Origin: Paraspadella gotoi | Taxonomy: Eukaryota > Animalia > Chaetognatha | Length of the DNA: 21,520 bases | Direction of reading: 5' to 3' | Assembly (NCBI GenBank): GCA_051294375.1 | Contig: JBJCIZ010000077.1 | Coordinates: 9,738 to 31,257, forward strand | Part shown: positions 1 through 10,298 of the stretch, one piece after another | Layout: each line of letters starts with the position of its first letter | Numbering within the stretch: the first letter of the stretch is position 1 | The notes under the pieces: generated by a model | What the model was told of the DNA's origin: nothing | The model's input: the letters and a program-made list of their open reading frames with translations, nothing else | Database searches by the model: none | Made by a program: the position numbers and the translations under genes

Positions 1-615
1 TAGGGCATTAGGGCACCGGAGAGGCGACGTCGGTCACATGCAAATCACGAATCGACCTGTCAAACTGCCGCGCGCGAGATAAATGAATTGCCCGCGATTT
101 CCACCCCCGCGCCGAACCAGAATTTCAGGTACCCGACGAGAGAGAGCAGAGGACGAGAGAAGGAGAGAGTTTTGAGATTTCGAGATTCGACACGTATCGG
201 AGAGAGAGAGAGAGAGAGAGAGAGCAGAGAGACAGAATATACCAACGTCTGTTCCATTCCCGGGTGAACATACAACTGCGAACCAATCGATGTTCCTACT
301 GTTTTTTGCGGAGTTAAACTCGCCGGCGCCCGCATATTCTATTCAAAACTCCGTCAACTCCGTTGACAGCTTCATAACCCAGCAGGGCAATATTTATTCT
401 ACTCTTTCGTCGCAAAAGGGACGCTATCGCTCTTCCGCCACATGGGGTTCCTCCCAGGCTACTTCTACCTCAACAACTACTATTGTTTACGTTTATCTCA
501 TAGTGTAATTTACGGATATAGAAAAACCAACCATAAACCAGAACTTAGTTTTTATTTCGCCCTCGACAGAAGGCGGTTAATACAAAAAGGAAAATTATTA
601 AAAGCGTGACAACCA
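1..615 (+). repeat. Dispersed repeat module, copy A (inverted relative to copy B); runs off the window start
   Basis: Aligns by eye to the reverse complement of 9640-10298: CGGTCACATGCAAATC, ACGAATCGACCTGTCAAAC, CCACCCCCGCG, TTCAGGTAC, GA tract, CGTCTGTTCCAT, ATCGATGTTCCT, GCCCGCATATTC, GTTGACAGCT. Clear over 1-400, weak to ~615. Confidence 0.88.
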
Positions 616-639
616 TCGCCCGCATATTTTAAATTTCGT

Positions 640-2451
640 TCGAACAGCAGTTAGAAATATTTTTTCAATCTTCTCTCTGGTGTTAGCGACACATAATTAT
701 CTTCTGGCTAAACGCGACTTCATTCTCTATTCAGACAACTTTGCTCTCTCAAATCTATTGTCTAGTCGCCGCCCACAAGCGTTCGTCATCAGAACGCTAG
801 GTAAGTTAGCCCAGTTTGGAGATTTCAAAGTCAAGCACTTACCAGGTAAGCAAAATATTGGGCCTGATTTGTTGAGTCGGATTGACTTCGCGAGAAACAA
901 TCCTGTGCCAGAACAGGACTGGTCAGAATTGTCGGAAGGTGTCGCTCCAGTAGTAATAGTTGCTCCTGTTGCAACACGGGCCAATGACGCAGCTGCAGCT
1001 GCATCCGCATCCGATATTGATCCTGGATTGGGGGACGCCTTGATCCAACAGGATCTGTGGAGGAAGTGGAGGCCGTTACAAGAGAGCGATGGGGACTTGA
1101 TCAAGCTCAAGGCTTGGATAAAGACCGGTCAACGCCCTGAAAGAAAAGAGGCGCGTAAGGAAAGTCCCGCACTAAGGTCTTACTACGCAAGTTTCGACCA
1201 ATTCAAGGTAAGTAATGAAGTAATCGTTCGAGTTTGGACGGACAAGGACGGACAAGGTANNNNNNNNNNNNNNNNNNNNNNNNNNNNNNNNNNNNNNNNN
1301 NNNNNNNNNNNNNNNNNNNNNNNNNNNNNNNNNNNNNNNNNNNNNNNNNNNNNNNNNNNNNNNNNNNNNNNNNNNNNNNNNNNNNNNNNNNNNNNNNNNN
1401 NNNNNNNNNNNNNNNNNNNNNNNNNNNNNNNNNNNNNNNNNNNNNNNNNNNNNNNNNNNNNNNNNNNNNNNNNNNNNNNNNNNNNNNNNNNNNNNNNNNN
1501 NNNNNNNNNNNNNNNNNNNNNNNNNNNNNNNNNNNNNNNNNNNNNNNNNNNNNNNNNNNNNNNNNNNNNNNNNNNNNNNNNNNNNNNNNNNNNNNNNNNN
1601 NNNNNNNNNNNNNNNNNNNNNNNNNNNNNNNNNNNNNNNNNNNNNNNNNNNNNNNNNNNNNNNNNNNNNNNNNNNNNNNNNNNNNNNNNNNNNNNNNNNN
1701 NNNNNNNNNNNNNNNNNNNNNNNNNNNNNNNNNNNNNNNNNNNNNNNNNNNNNNNNNNNNNNNNNNNNNNNNNNNNNNNNNNNNNNNNNNNNNNNNNNNN
1801 NNNNNNNNNNNNNNNNNNNNNNNNNNNNNNNNNNNNNNNNNNNNNNNNNNNNNNNNNNNNNNNNNNNNNNNNNNNNNNNNNNNNNNNNNNNNNNNNNNNN
1901 NNNNNNNNNNNNNNNNNNNNNNNNNNNNNNNNNNNNNNNNNNNNNNNNNNNNNNNNNNNNNNNNNNNNNNNNNNNNNNNNNNNNNNNNNNNNNNNNNNNN
2001 NNNNNNNNNNNNNNNNNNNNNNNNNNNNNNNNNNNNNNNNNNNNNNNNNNNNNNNNNNNNNNNNNNNNNNNNNNNNNNNNNNNNNNNNNNNNNNNNNNNN
2101 NNNNNNNNNNNNNNNNNNNNNNNNNNNNNNNNNNNNNNNNNNNNNNNNNNNNNNNNNNNNNNNNNNNNNNNNNNNNNNNNNNNNNNNNNNNNNNNNNNNN
2201 NNNNNNNNNNNNNNNNNNCTCACGCAAATCATTTGCGCCCAGTCGTCGAGAGAGCCATTACCATGGAAACGGATCAACAAGATGAACCGTTCGACGACAA
2301 GACCGGAAAGGATTCTGGATCGGACGACGAAGTTGTTGATCATCATTTGAGCGCTAGCAGAGCTACTGCTAGGCGCTCTACTCGATCGAGGAAGCTGCCC
2401 TCGAAACTAACTGACTTTTATTTGGACGATTCAAGTCGAAAGGTTTTGTAA
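640..2451 (+). mobile_element. pol: Ty3/Gypsy LTR retrotransposon pol fragment (RNase H C-terminus, integrase region, integrase C-terminal tail), 5'-truncated and interrupted by a 959-N gap
   Basis: 680-1259 reads RDFILYSDNFALSNLL...FKVKHLPGKQNIGPDLLSR (Gypsy RNase H 'F.l.TDH..L ... pGk.N..aD.LSR'), then LQESDGDLIKLKAWIKTGQRP...SPALRSYY...VIVRVW (typical pre-integrase linker). After the gap, HANHLRP...RRSTRSRKLPSKLTDF* (stop ending 2451) is the typical 'H.n.Lrp...RRS.R....P..l.D' integrase tail. The gap (~320 codons) fits the missing integrase core. RNase H before integrase is the Gypsy/BEL order. Confidence 0.88.
1260..2218. other. Assembly gap (959 N); smaller gaps at 3469-3482 (14 N) and 10453-10477 (25 N)
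   Basis: Runs of N in the sequence. Confidence 1.
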
Positions 2452-2682
2452 ATATGATTATTAATCTATTTATAACAGTGTTTAATCAATTACAATAATT
2501 CTACGTCTGTGTTCACTACTACATTTTATTCATTTATTCATATTTTCGTCTCTTAATTAATTACGATTAATTGTAGCGCTACGTCTGAGTTCGCAACGAG
2601 CAAGCCAGGATTGGTGGAACAAAAGGGCATCGACCGAGATTTCCGTTCCACCGAAGTAGTGTCAGCCGCTCGTTGAGTGTCT

Positions 2683-3059
2683 GGAAGGGAGAATGAAAAT
2701 ATGGTTTAGTTCTTCTGCTAATCCATTGAATCAAATGGATATCGATCTACCAAGGATTGGTCGGTCAGTGGTTGTTTACTGTTTTTAATTGTTATTCGCT
2801 AATGTATTAAAGTCTCCAATTAAGCTCAAATGTTGGAGTTGAGCGAAATCAAGGATGAGAGAAAGCTAAAAGAATGATTGTAGTGAATGAATGGGTCTGA
2901 TCGATCTATCTACGACGTAGCTGAGTTTCTTCCACTCTCTGTAGAAAGGAATAATTCGCGATTCTTTCTGCTAAGTATTAGGCTCAGCATGTTCCGTTAT
3001 TACAGTTATATGTTTTCTACGACATTGAATTTGAATAAAGTGAGATTGCGCTTTAAACA
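2683..3059 (+). repeat. Polypurine tract plus probable 3' LTR of the Gypsy element
   Basis: GGAAGGGAGAA (2683-2693) directly followed by TG (2694), ~240 bp after the pol stop. AATAAA at 3034-3039 and a candidate terminal CA at 3058-3059. The right boundary is inferred; no second LTR copy is in the window. Confidence 0.55.
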
Positions 3060-3085
3060 AATTGAAACTGCCCTTTACCTTATGT

Positions 3086-3846
3086 CTAATCCATGGAGTC
3101 CCCCTCCTCGAAGTCGATGTCTTCGACGTTCATGCCACCGTCGTCGTCATCATCATCATTCGCGTCATCACCGGGCGCCGCCGGAGAAGAGGGCGCCGGG
3201 CTGACGCCGGCGGAGGACGGCTCCTCCGAACCAGATCGCTCTGGTTGCGGAGATGACGGAGAATCCCGAGGAGATGACGACGCCGGGGATGGAGAGCCGG
3301 AACGGGATCTCTCTGATCCGGGAGATCCCGGCGTTGACGGCGACCCGGAACGGGATCTCTCCAAGACCGGAGAGTCGGTTTCCAGGTCATTCTCTGAGTC
3401 CGGGCCGGCGGAGGATTTCGCCGGCGATGACATCGTAATCCGAGACGATGCGTCGAAAGGAGGAGCGGNNNNNNNNNNNNNNGACGGGAGAGGATGGCCG
3501 CCGTCCGAGGAATCCTTCGGACGTTGGTAAATTACTTGGCGACTTCGCCAAGGGCGGAGAGGAGCACGGCGAACTCGGTGAGGGTGGAGAAAAATGCCCC
3601 ATGACCGACGCCGCCTCCGCCACAGTGGAATCGTCCGGGAGTGCAGGCCGCGGGCTGGGAGGAGGTAAGACGCAGCTGGGCACCAGCTGCGCCACGTTGA
3701 TGATGCCTCCATTCCCATTCGAGTTAAAATGCATTTCCCGGAGCACCGTGCCGAGACAACCAGCCAGATAGCTGCACACAAGGCGTGCAGCTGGGGCGTG
3801 GTGACCCCGACAACGCCGGCAGGCGTTGAAGACAAGTTTGGGTGAG
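3086..3846 (-). CDS. Terminal coding exon of an uncharacterised protein (Cys/His cluster, Ser/Pro-rich disordered region, acidic C-terminus)
   Basis: GC-rich island in AT-rich DNA, with splice acceptor TTCATTTTAG immediately before 3846. Open frame SPKLVFNACRRCRGHHAPAARLVCSYLAGC...PPSPSSPCSSPP...RRPSSPV up to the 14-N gap, then SPAKSS...ERSRSGSPS(x2)...DDANDDDDDDGGMNVEDIDFEEGDSMD* ending at 3086. Frame across the gap cannot be fixed because the gap length is an estimate. Confidence 0.55.
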
Positions 3847-3869
3847 CTAAAATGAATAAGTAAAATATA

Positions 3870-4440
3870 ATTAAAATTAATACCATGATCCAGTCAAAAT
3901 CTTGCAAATTAATATGCTCCATAATATTGCCAAATAATATTGATTATTACGTTTAAGTCTTGTACGTGTTATTTCATGTTGTTGAAATAAGTCCAGGAGA
4001 ATTCGTTCAGTTTTTTCTGTTCTATCGAGTCAGATAGAAAAACGTTTTTCGTGATTACACGATGAAAGTACTATTGTGATCTTATTGTAAATGTAAAAAT
4101 ACATTTGGTATTATGATTTTTTGATACGTTATGTAACAGAAACAAGTTCTCGCCAATAAGTAATGATATGAGAAAATTAGGCAATCGAGAACTTGTCTCT
4201 GGCAGTAAAATGAACTAGCTTTTCTTTTCGAAATTGTTGTTATGAATTTGTCAACAGTTAATCCATGGTCTTCCCCCTTTCGTTTGTATTCCGACAACTC
4301 AATAATAGTCAAGGAATTATTATTTTCTTTTATACTCTTTCAGGAGCCAGTAGAATCAATTATCGATCATGACAATGTTGTTATTTTCTTTTCGAAACTT
4401 CTCCATGATCAATTCTAAATACGGTTCCCTAAATTTAGAG
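3870..4440 (-). pseudogene. Possible decayed Ulp1/SENP (peptidase C48)-like coding relic
   Basis: Stitching frames gives EPYLELIMEKFRKENNNIVMIDN*FYWLL ... YQKIIIPNVFLHLQ*DHNSTFIV*SRKTFFY(fs)DSIE ... LQDFDW, in the order and roughly the spacing of the C48 motifs. Many stops and frameshifts; the His-Trp and Asp-Cys-Gly motifs are not intact. Confidence 0.3.
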
Positions 4441-6779
4441 TTCGAGTGAGCTCCAGTGGAAACAATGTCATTTTGTTTACGTTCGAGAAAAGTATATTTC
4501 TCGGTGAATAATTATTTTACGATTTTATATTATTCTTAATTCTGCACGTTTCCTTGATTACTGGTACTCGTTCTTTATGTGTACGATGGACTTACTTGAT
4601 CAAATCCATGATTACCCAGTGAAGATGGGTAAATAGCAAAAGAGTTGTCGAGAGGGGGTGGAATACAAAGTTTCAAAAAATTTAAGGGATAAAAATATTT
4701 TGCTCGGAGGTCGGGAGTTGCCGCAAGAAAGTGAGAGAATATCGAGAGGTTTAGGAACTGGGTTACAAATTATACATTCTAGGGCAAGGAAATCTGGGAT
4801 TCGAAAGAAGCGAGGCGAGGATTTATTACCGCTAGGTGCGACGGCCAGGCTCAGGCCGAATAGAGAAAGCGACGAAGGTAGACTAAAGGTCATAAAAGTG
4901 GGGATAGGGAGACTAAGGAAGATGAGGACATCTTCTTCTTCTTTGAGGGGTCGAGTTATAAGGAATAGGCCTCTGTCTCGTCTCCTTCCTCCCCTTCGTC
5001 TTCTCGCTTTCTTCTCCCTCATCTTCGAAATTCTCAGTCGCTCACGTACATCCCGGATATAACCCACTCTCTCTAAAAATATATCTCCCTTTACTATTTC
5101 TGTCTCTCTCTCTCTCTCTCTTAGATAAATGTTCGTGATTAAATACTTTACTGTGTCTTTTTGAAAATAATAAGAATCATTTTTCTTAGGGAACGGTAAT
5201 GCTTACATAATTCAGCAAGTTTTTTGCTCTTTTGGTACTCTTTACGGATTTATCTGTTATTTTTTAATTCATCTATTGTAAGTTAATGAGTTTGTTTTAA
5301 TTCGTATGAATCGCGTTATATCGAGATCGCAAAAAAAATGTTTTGAACCTTGTAATTTTCAAATTCTTCTTCACTCTCAGCCTGATAGTGCCTGAATAGG
5401 AAAGGTATGTGTTTTTATCATAGGTATTTATATATTGATAAGCGTATGAAACCAATCTTAAATTACTTATGAATATACTTTCGTTTTTAAATTCTATGCA
5501 TGGCATGTCGGCTGCCACTTTTTTGCAGTCAGCTGGCAGTGCTCGTTTTTCGTGCTTGAATTGCAAGCCAAAGGTCTGTTCTTGGTTCTCGGCCCTCCCC
5601 TCCAATGGGAATGTACTCTCTATTGCAGATTCAAATTATTTATTCAAATGTATGTTATCTGCTTACGGGTGTCGCAAGCGGCCATGGAATTTCGAAACAG
5701 TAAAAACGAAGACCAATGATTTAAATTTCGATGTGAGTGCCCGGTGGGGGTCAGTACAATTTTTGATTTCTTTTTTCTTTGAAGCATGTTTTGTAAGCTG
5801 ATTTTTTTAAGTATAACTTGCCAAAGGATCTTAAACATTTAACACAGAAGAACTTTTCGTTACGAGTATTCCTGCTTCATGGATGACGCACGGAGTCTGG
5901 AGAGTGATCGAATGACCATGAAAGTGGCTGGCGCCTTTTCCGTGCTGTAAATTAAGTGAGATCGACTGCGGTTTCTCGTTGCACGAGCTAATGAACAAAC
6001 GGAAAATTTCTAATTCTTATTCTTGTATTCGTATGTGTAAAATGAATGGCAAATAATTTTTATTAAGTTTCTCTAGTTTTTCATTGCCTCGGACTGGTGA
6101 TCCGGAAAATTCAAGCTTCGTATTAATATTTTGTAAAATGGTCTCAAATTTTTTTTGTATCTGCGGTTTTTGCGGAAAAATTGAAAAATTGATGCTATTA
6201 TACAATTCAACAGACCCATACGCTCCCTTACTGGAACGTTTAAAAGCGCGTTCTTTCTTGTGATGAACTTGGTATTTTTGGTGAGCCTCACCGACACTCA
6301 TAATATTTTTTAAAAACGAAAATAAAATATATTAATTTTATAAAATACTCGTGTATAGAATAAGAGTCCGGATACGTTTCAACGTTAATGTCGGAAAATT
6401 TCCATAAAAATAAAGTTTTCGAATATCCTGTTCAACGTGTGCGTACTCCGTCTCTCCCGGTGCAAGAATCGTCTACGGGTTGTTGGCTTCGTAATAAATC
6501 AGGTCGGCGTCTTCATCTGTTCGGCGTCGCTTTCCTTCGCTCCCCGTCTGTGGATGTGCCAACGGCGGAAAATATAAACGCTAAAACGAATTTTTACTGA
6601 AACTTGATAGATTTTTTTGCTTATTTAGTTTCCCGAGTATAGATATTACTAAAAAAGAGGTTTGGCCTCTGGTTGAGGCAGTTTCGACAAATCGGCGACT
6701 GCTTCGCGAGGAACGAATCTAAATGATTGAATTATTCTAATACGCTAATGATTATTTGATAATGAACTACAATAAAAAT

Positions 6780-9010
6780 TACATTTTCTTGTGAATAAAA
6801 CCGAATAAAAGACTTTTCGTATTCGTTGCCTCTTTAACCAGTAGACTAATTTTTTTTTTTAAATTTGTTGTTAGTAAATGCTTACGGGTTACAATTTCTT
6901 CTTCTTCTCCCAATCGTCGGACTCCTTCCTCTGAATGGTTCCGAGGTCCCTTCGTCGACGTCGGTTCGCTCTTCGACGGGGTGGGTGTCGATTTGTTGGT
7001 GGCGTGGAATCCAGGTTGCGTGGGACTCGTCTCGACCTGTAGCATCGCTGCGTTGGCGCGGGGTCCCTGCGTTGGTGGAGTCGCTGTTCTCGGATTCGCT
7101 CGGTTGGAAGGGGGGGTTGGGGTGGGTTGACCCTCGTGTCGAACTTTCTCGCGTTCCTCTTTGCGAAGAATGGATCCACGAATTGATGGGCGCTGATCCA
7201 AAAGTCGCGGGAATGATACGGATCGCGAAGGGCATGGTGGGTCGTTGCATTCTTTAAGAAACGTACGATGTTGGGGATAAAGGAGGGGGAGTTCAACGTT
7301 TTCACGGAGAAGTTTCTTAACTTTTTTTTTTGTTTTTTTATTTCGAAGTGGTTGCGTGATTACGTTTTTAAAGTACATGGTAAAATGTTTGTGGTGATAG
7401 AAAAAATTTACATGACCGATTTGGGTTCTGATAATTACGAATTTGTGATATTAGTAATTTTTTAGTTCGATTTTTCCGTTCGAGATTTGTCAGGGGGGGG
7501 TTGTTTGGTGGTTGGTAACAGGGGGCGTTAGTAATATCATGATGATCGATTCGTTGCCGCAATTATCTGACGGTCTCCTTCGCTCGGTGGTGAGTTGGTG
7601 AGTTCACATCACACTTCTTCTTGCGGGTGACGGCGGTCGAAAAAATAGATCGTCTTATGTACATGTTCGTTCTGTCAGGACTAATGGGTAAGGCGGTTCG
7701 AGGAATCGGCGTAAGCATCATTTCCATGGTTTAGTAGAGAAACATTCGTAAAGGCGTAATAATAAGCTTCTTGTGTGGCATAAATTATCTTTGTCATTTT
7801 TTTTATAATTAGGTCGTCGATGAAGTTTGCGTATGAACTCTAGGGGTCTTCGCGCTTCCGAAATTCATGCGAATCGTGATGGACGACGTTGTCGGTTGTG
7901 AGAACGGCATCGTGAACTCGTTGTTGGGGTCGACGGTGACGGGGGTACGAGTGTCAAGATCGTATCGTAGAAAAATCTGAATATTTTCGAAGTCGGGTAT
8001 TGAATTGGCTGCGGGCGAGGCCGACGCTTTCCGGGAACTACGGAGATCCGCTACGACGCTGGCGGATCGCGAAACGAAGACCCGCGCCGGTGACGACGAC
8101 GATCGCGAGACGACGATGGTGGGGAAGAGTGCCGCGCGTTCGTACGTGAGTACCTTGGCGCGAACGACGAGTGCGGGTGGCCGTGGCGCGATCGTCGAGC
8201 GCCGCGTCGACGACGACTAATGCCGCGCCGACCGACGACTTGATGCGCGCCGACGACGACTGATACCGTGCGCGACGACAGACGAGCGGTGTTGTCATGT
8301 TCTGGCGGCCGGTCGAATGCCAGTTTCGGCTGACCTGATGATGAACACGATGGTGGCATGAACGAACGGATTTCTGGAGAATGAGACTGGATCGAAACGC
8401 GCGGGCAATCATCGTTCCGATGGAATCCGAGGTAAAAATATGCGGGTCTTGCGTCTTAGGGCAATCGTGTATATGCCGAAAAAACTTTTTTCAGCTACGT
8501 CGGTGGCAGATGGGCGAGTTCGAACGCGGGCGCGGGGACGAATTCGGTGATTGAACGGAGGTAATCGATGCTTAATTTAGCCAATTTTTTCTCGTTCGTT
8601 CGAGAATTGATTATTTTTAATTTTTTTTTACAGCTGGGTGAATAATGTCTCCGTTAGCTTCGCCGAGTTATCCGGGCCTACGGTCACTTGTTTCTGGTGT
8701 CATAGGTTTACTTCATACCGTCATTATGTTCGAGTGAAGCGACGTGGAACGGGTCGTCCGGGCGAGGTCGAGAGACGCCCCCGAGGCCCCGTCCCTCCCG
8801 CTGCGAGAGAGTGTCTCGAGCTGACGGCTGATGCTGCCACGACGGAGAGGAAGAGATCGTCGAAGCGAGGAACTCTCGCGGTCGAGTCACGACGATTGCC
8901 TGCGGTCGCGAGCCGATTCTCCTTACGTCGATCTAACCGGCAATTTCGGTCAGCCTTTGCGGCGTATAATACGTCTGCCGAGGTCTTTTTCGTTCATCTA
9001 CCGGGGTCAT
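6780..9010 (-). pseudogene. CpG-rich coding-like block with many frameshifts; product unrecognised
   Basis: GC/CpG content well above the flanks. Overlapping open frames of 100-200 codons on the minus strand (6779-7378, ~7810-8216, 8051-8359, 8708-8890), downstream of a GA-rich tract (9205-9330 on the minus strand). No family motif identified. Confidence 0.3.
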
Positions 9011-9639
9011 AGTCACAGCCCCGGCCCGGTGCGGAGGAAAACATTTATGGACGGATTACGAAAGGTTGTTGGTAAAGCGACGTTTGAGGATTCTTTCTGC
9101 TAAGTTGGGGATTCGGATGGGGGGTATTCGATGAATCTGCGTTGGGGGGGATCGCTATTTGCAACCCCTCCCTCGCTATCCCATCTACGAAGCGTGGATT
9201 GATCTATCTCATCTTTCTCTCTCTGCTCTCGTCTCTTATCTCTTCTCGGTCTTGCCCGCGCTGTCGGTCTCTCTCTCTCTTCTCTCTCATCGTTTTCTCT
9301 CTCTGTCTCCTCTCTCGGTCTCTCTTTCGTGTCTGGATAATAAATTTAATTTTTTTGGCACGAGTTCGAAACACTTTCCTCCTGTTTGAACGATTGAAAT
9401 TGTAAAAAGAGATACCTATAAATTCGATAATTCTAAAAGAATGGGCTTATCAAAAATATTATTTTAAGAAACGAGTGCGAATTCTCAGTGACGATCGCGT
9501 AGTAATAATAAGTATAATTTTAAATGAAAATAGATTTTAAAATATTTTGTTTGTTACTTTAAAGCTTTCCACTATCGATGAAGCGGGGAACGGTGTTCAA
9601 GCTCAGACCATCCTGGTCACGAGACGGAGATCATACTCG

Positions 9640-10298
9640 TAGTTGACGCCTTATTGATTATTGTGTCTTGTCGTTATTCGTATTATTGGTGTGTTGCATG
9701 CAAAATAAACTTGCGTAGGGTTAGTTTCTAAGATATTTCCTACTGTTCCTACAATGTCGGTATTTGTCTCGTTCCTTTGATAGATGTGAAACCTATGTTT
9801 TGAACAATAAAAAAATCTTTGCCAAATCGATAATTCTATTGGGATGTTATGTTAACTGTGGAATAAGATACGCCGGGGGAACCCGCATATTCACAAGTTT
9901 TTATGGCACGCGCCCTCAGAGTGGCAGAGGTAACATTATTGCCTATGGGTATGAGCTGTCAACGAGTTGACAGTTTTGAAGGAATATGCGGGCTGCCGCG
10001 AGTTTAGCCGCGTAAAAGGTGAGGAACATCGATGGTTCTAGATGTATCTTTCGTAGCCGCCTGGATGGAACAGACGCCAGGTATACATTCTTGTCTTCTC
10101 TCTCTCTCTCTCTCTCTCTCATTTCTCGTCTCTCTCCTCGTCATCTTCTCCTCTTCGTACCTGAATGTCTGTTCGCGCGGGGGTGGAATCGCGGGGCCCC
10201 CCCCAAATTCAAAAATTTTTATCTTGCGCGCGCGTTTGACAGGTCGATTCGTAGATTTGCATGTGACCGAGCGCCTTTCTGCGGTGCCTAATCACCTA
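9640..10298 (-). repeat. Dispersed repeat module, copy B
   Basis: Reverse complement matches 1-~615. Includes (CT)n at ~10097-10120, ATTTGCAT at 10255-10262 and the palindrome CTGTCAAC-GA-GTTGACAG at 9956-9973. Confidence 0.88.

Noticed and set aside
1-13. TAGGGCATTAGGG as telomeric repeat
   Set aside because: Only one TTAGGG; it aligns with the inverted repeat copy at 10281-10298 and is part of that module.
1172-2346. Long ORFs spanning the N gap (351, 387 aa, and the full 556/405 aa lengths)
   Set aside because: Lengths are artefacts of translating Ns. Only the plus-strand pol pieces on each side are meaningful, and they lie in different nominal frames.
3093-3771. Plus-strand ORFs (145 aa, 107 aa and others)
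   Set aside because: Antisense shadows of the GC-rich minus-strand exon, which has a splice acceptor and a coherent composition.
5297-6600. Short ORFs of 64-110 aa
   Set aside because: No recognisable motif, overlapping on both strands, AT-rich; consistent with chance.
8335-8400. CTGATGA...GAAAC as a second hammerhead
   Set aside because: No stem II pairing between the boxes and no stem I/III around a cleavage triplet.
8038-8412. Arg-rich frames as adenovirus/Polinton pVII-like core protein or protamine
   Set aside because: Arg richness follows from CG-rich triplets in several frames; no protease cleavage motif, capsid, pPolB or packaging ATPase is recognisable nearby.
8634-9012. Plus-strand exon after TTTTTACAG with CFWC motif
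   Set aside because: The apparent acceptor is also explained as an A-rich stretch of the minus-strand block; no partner exon found, so not listed as a feature.
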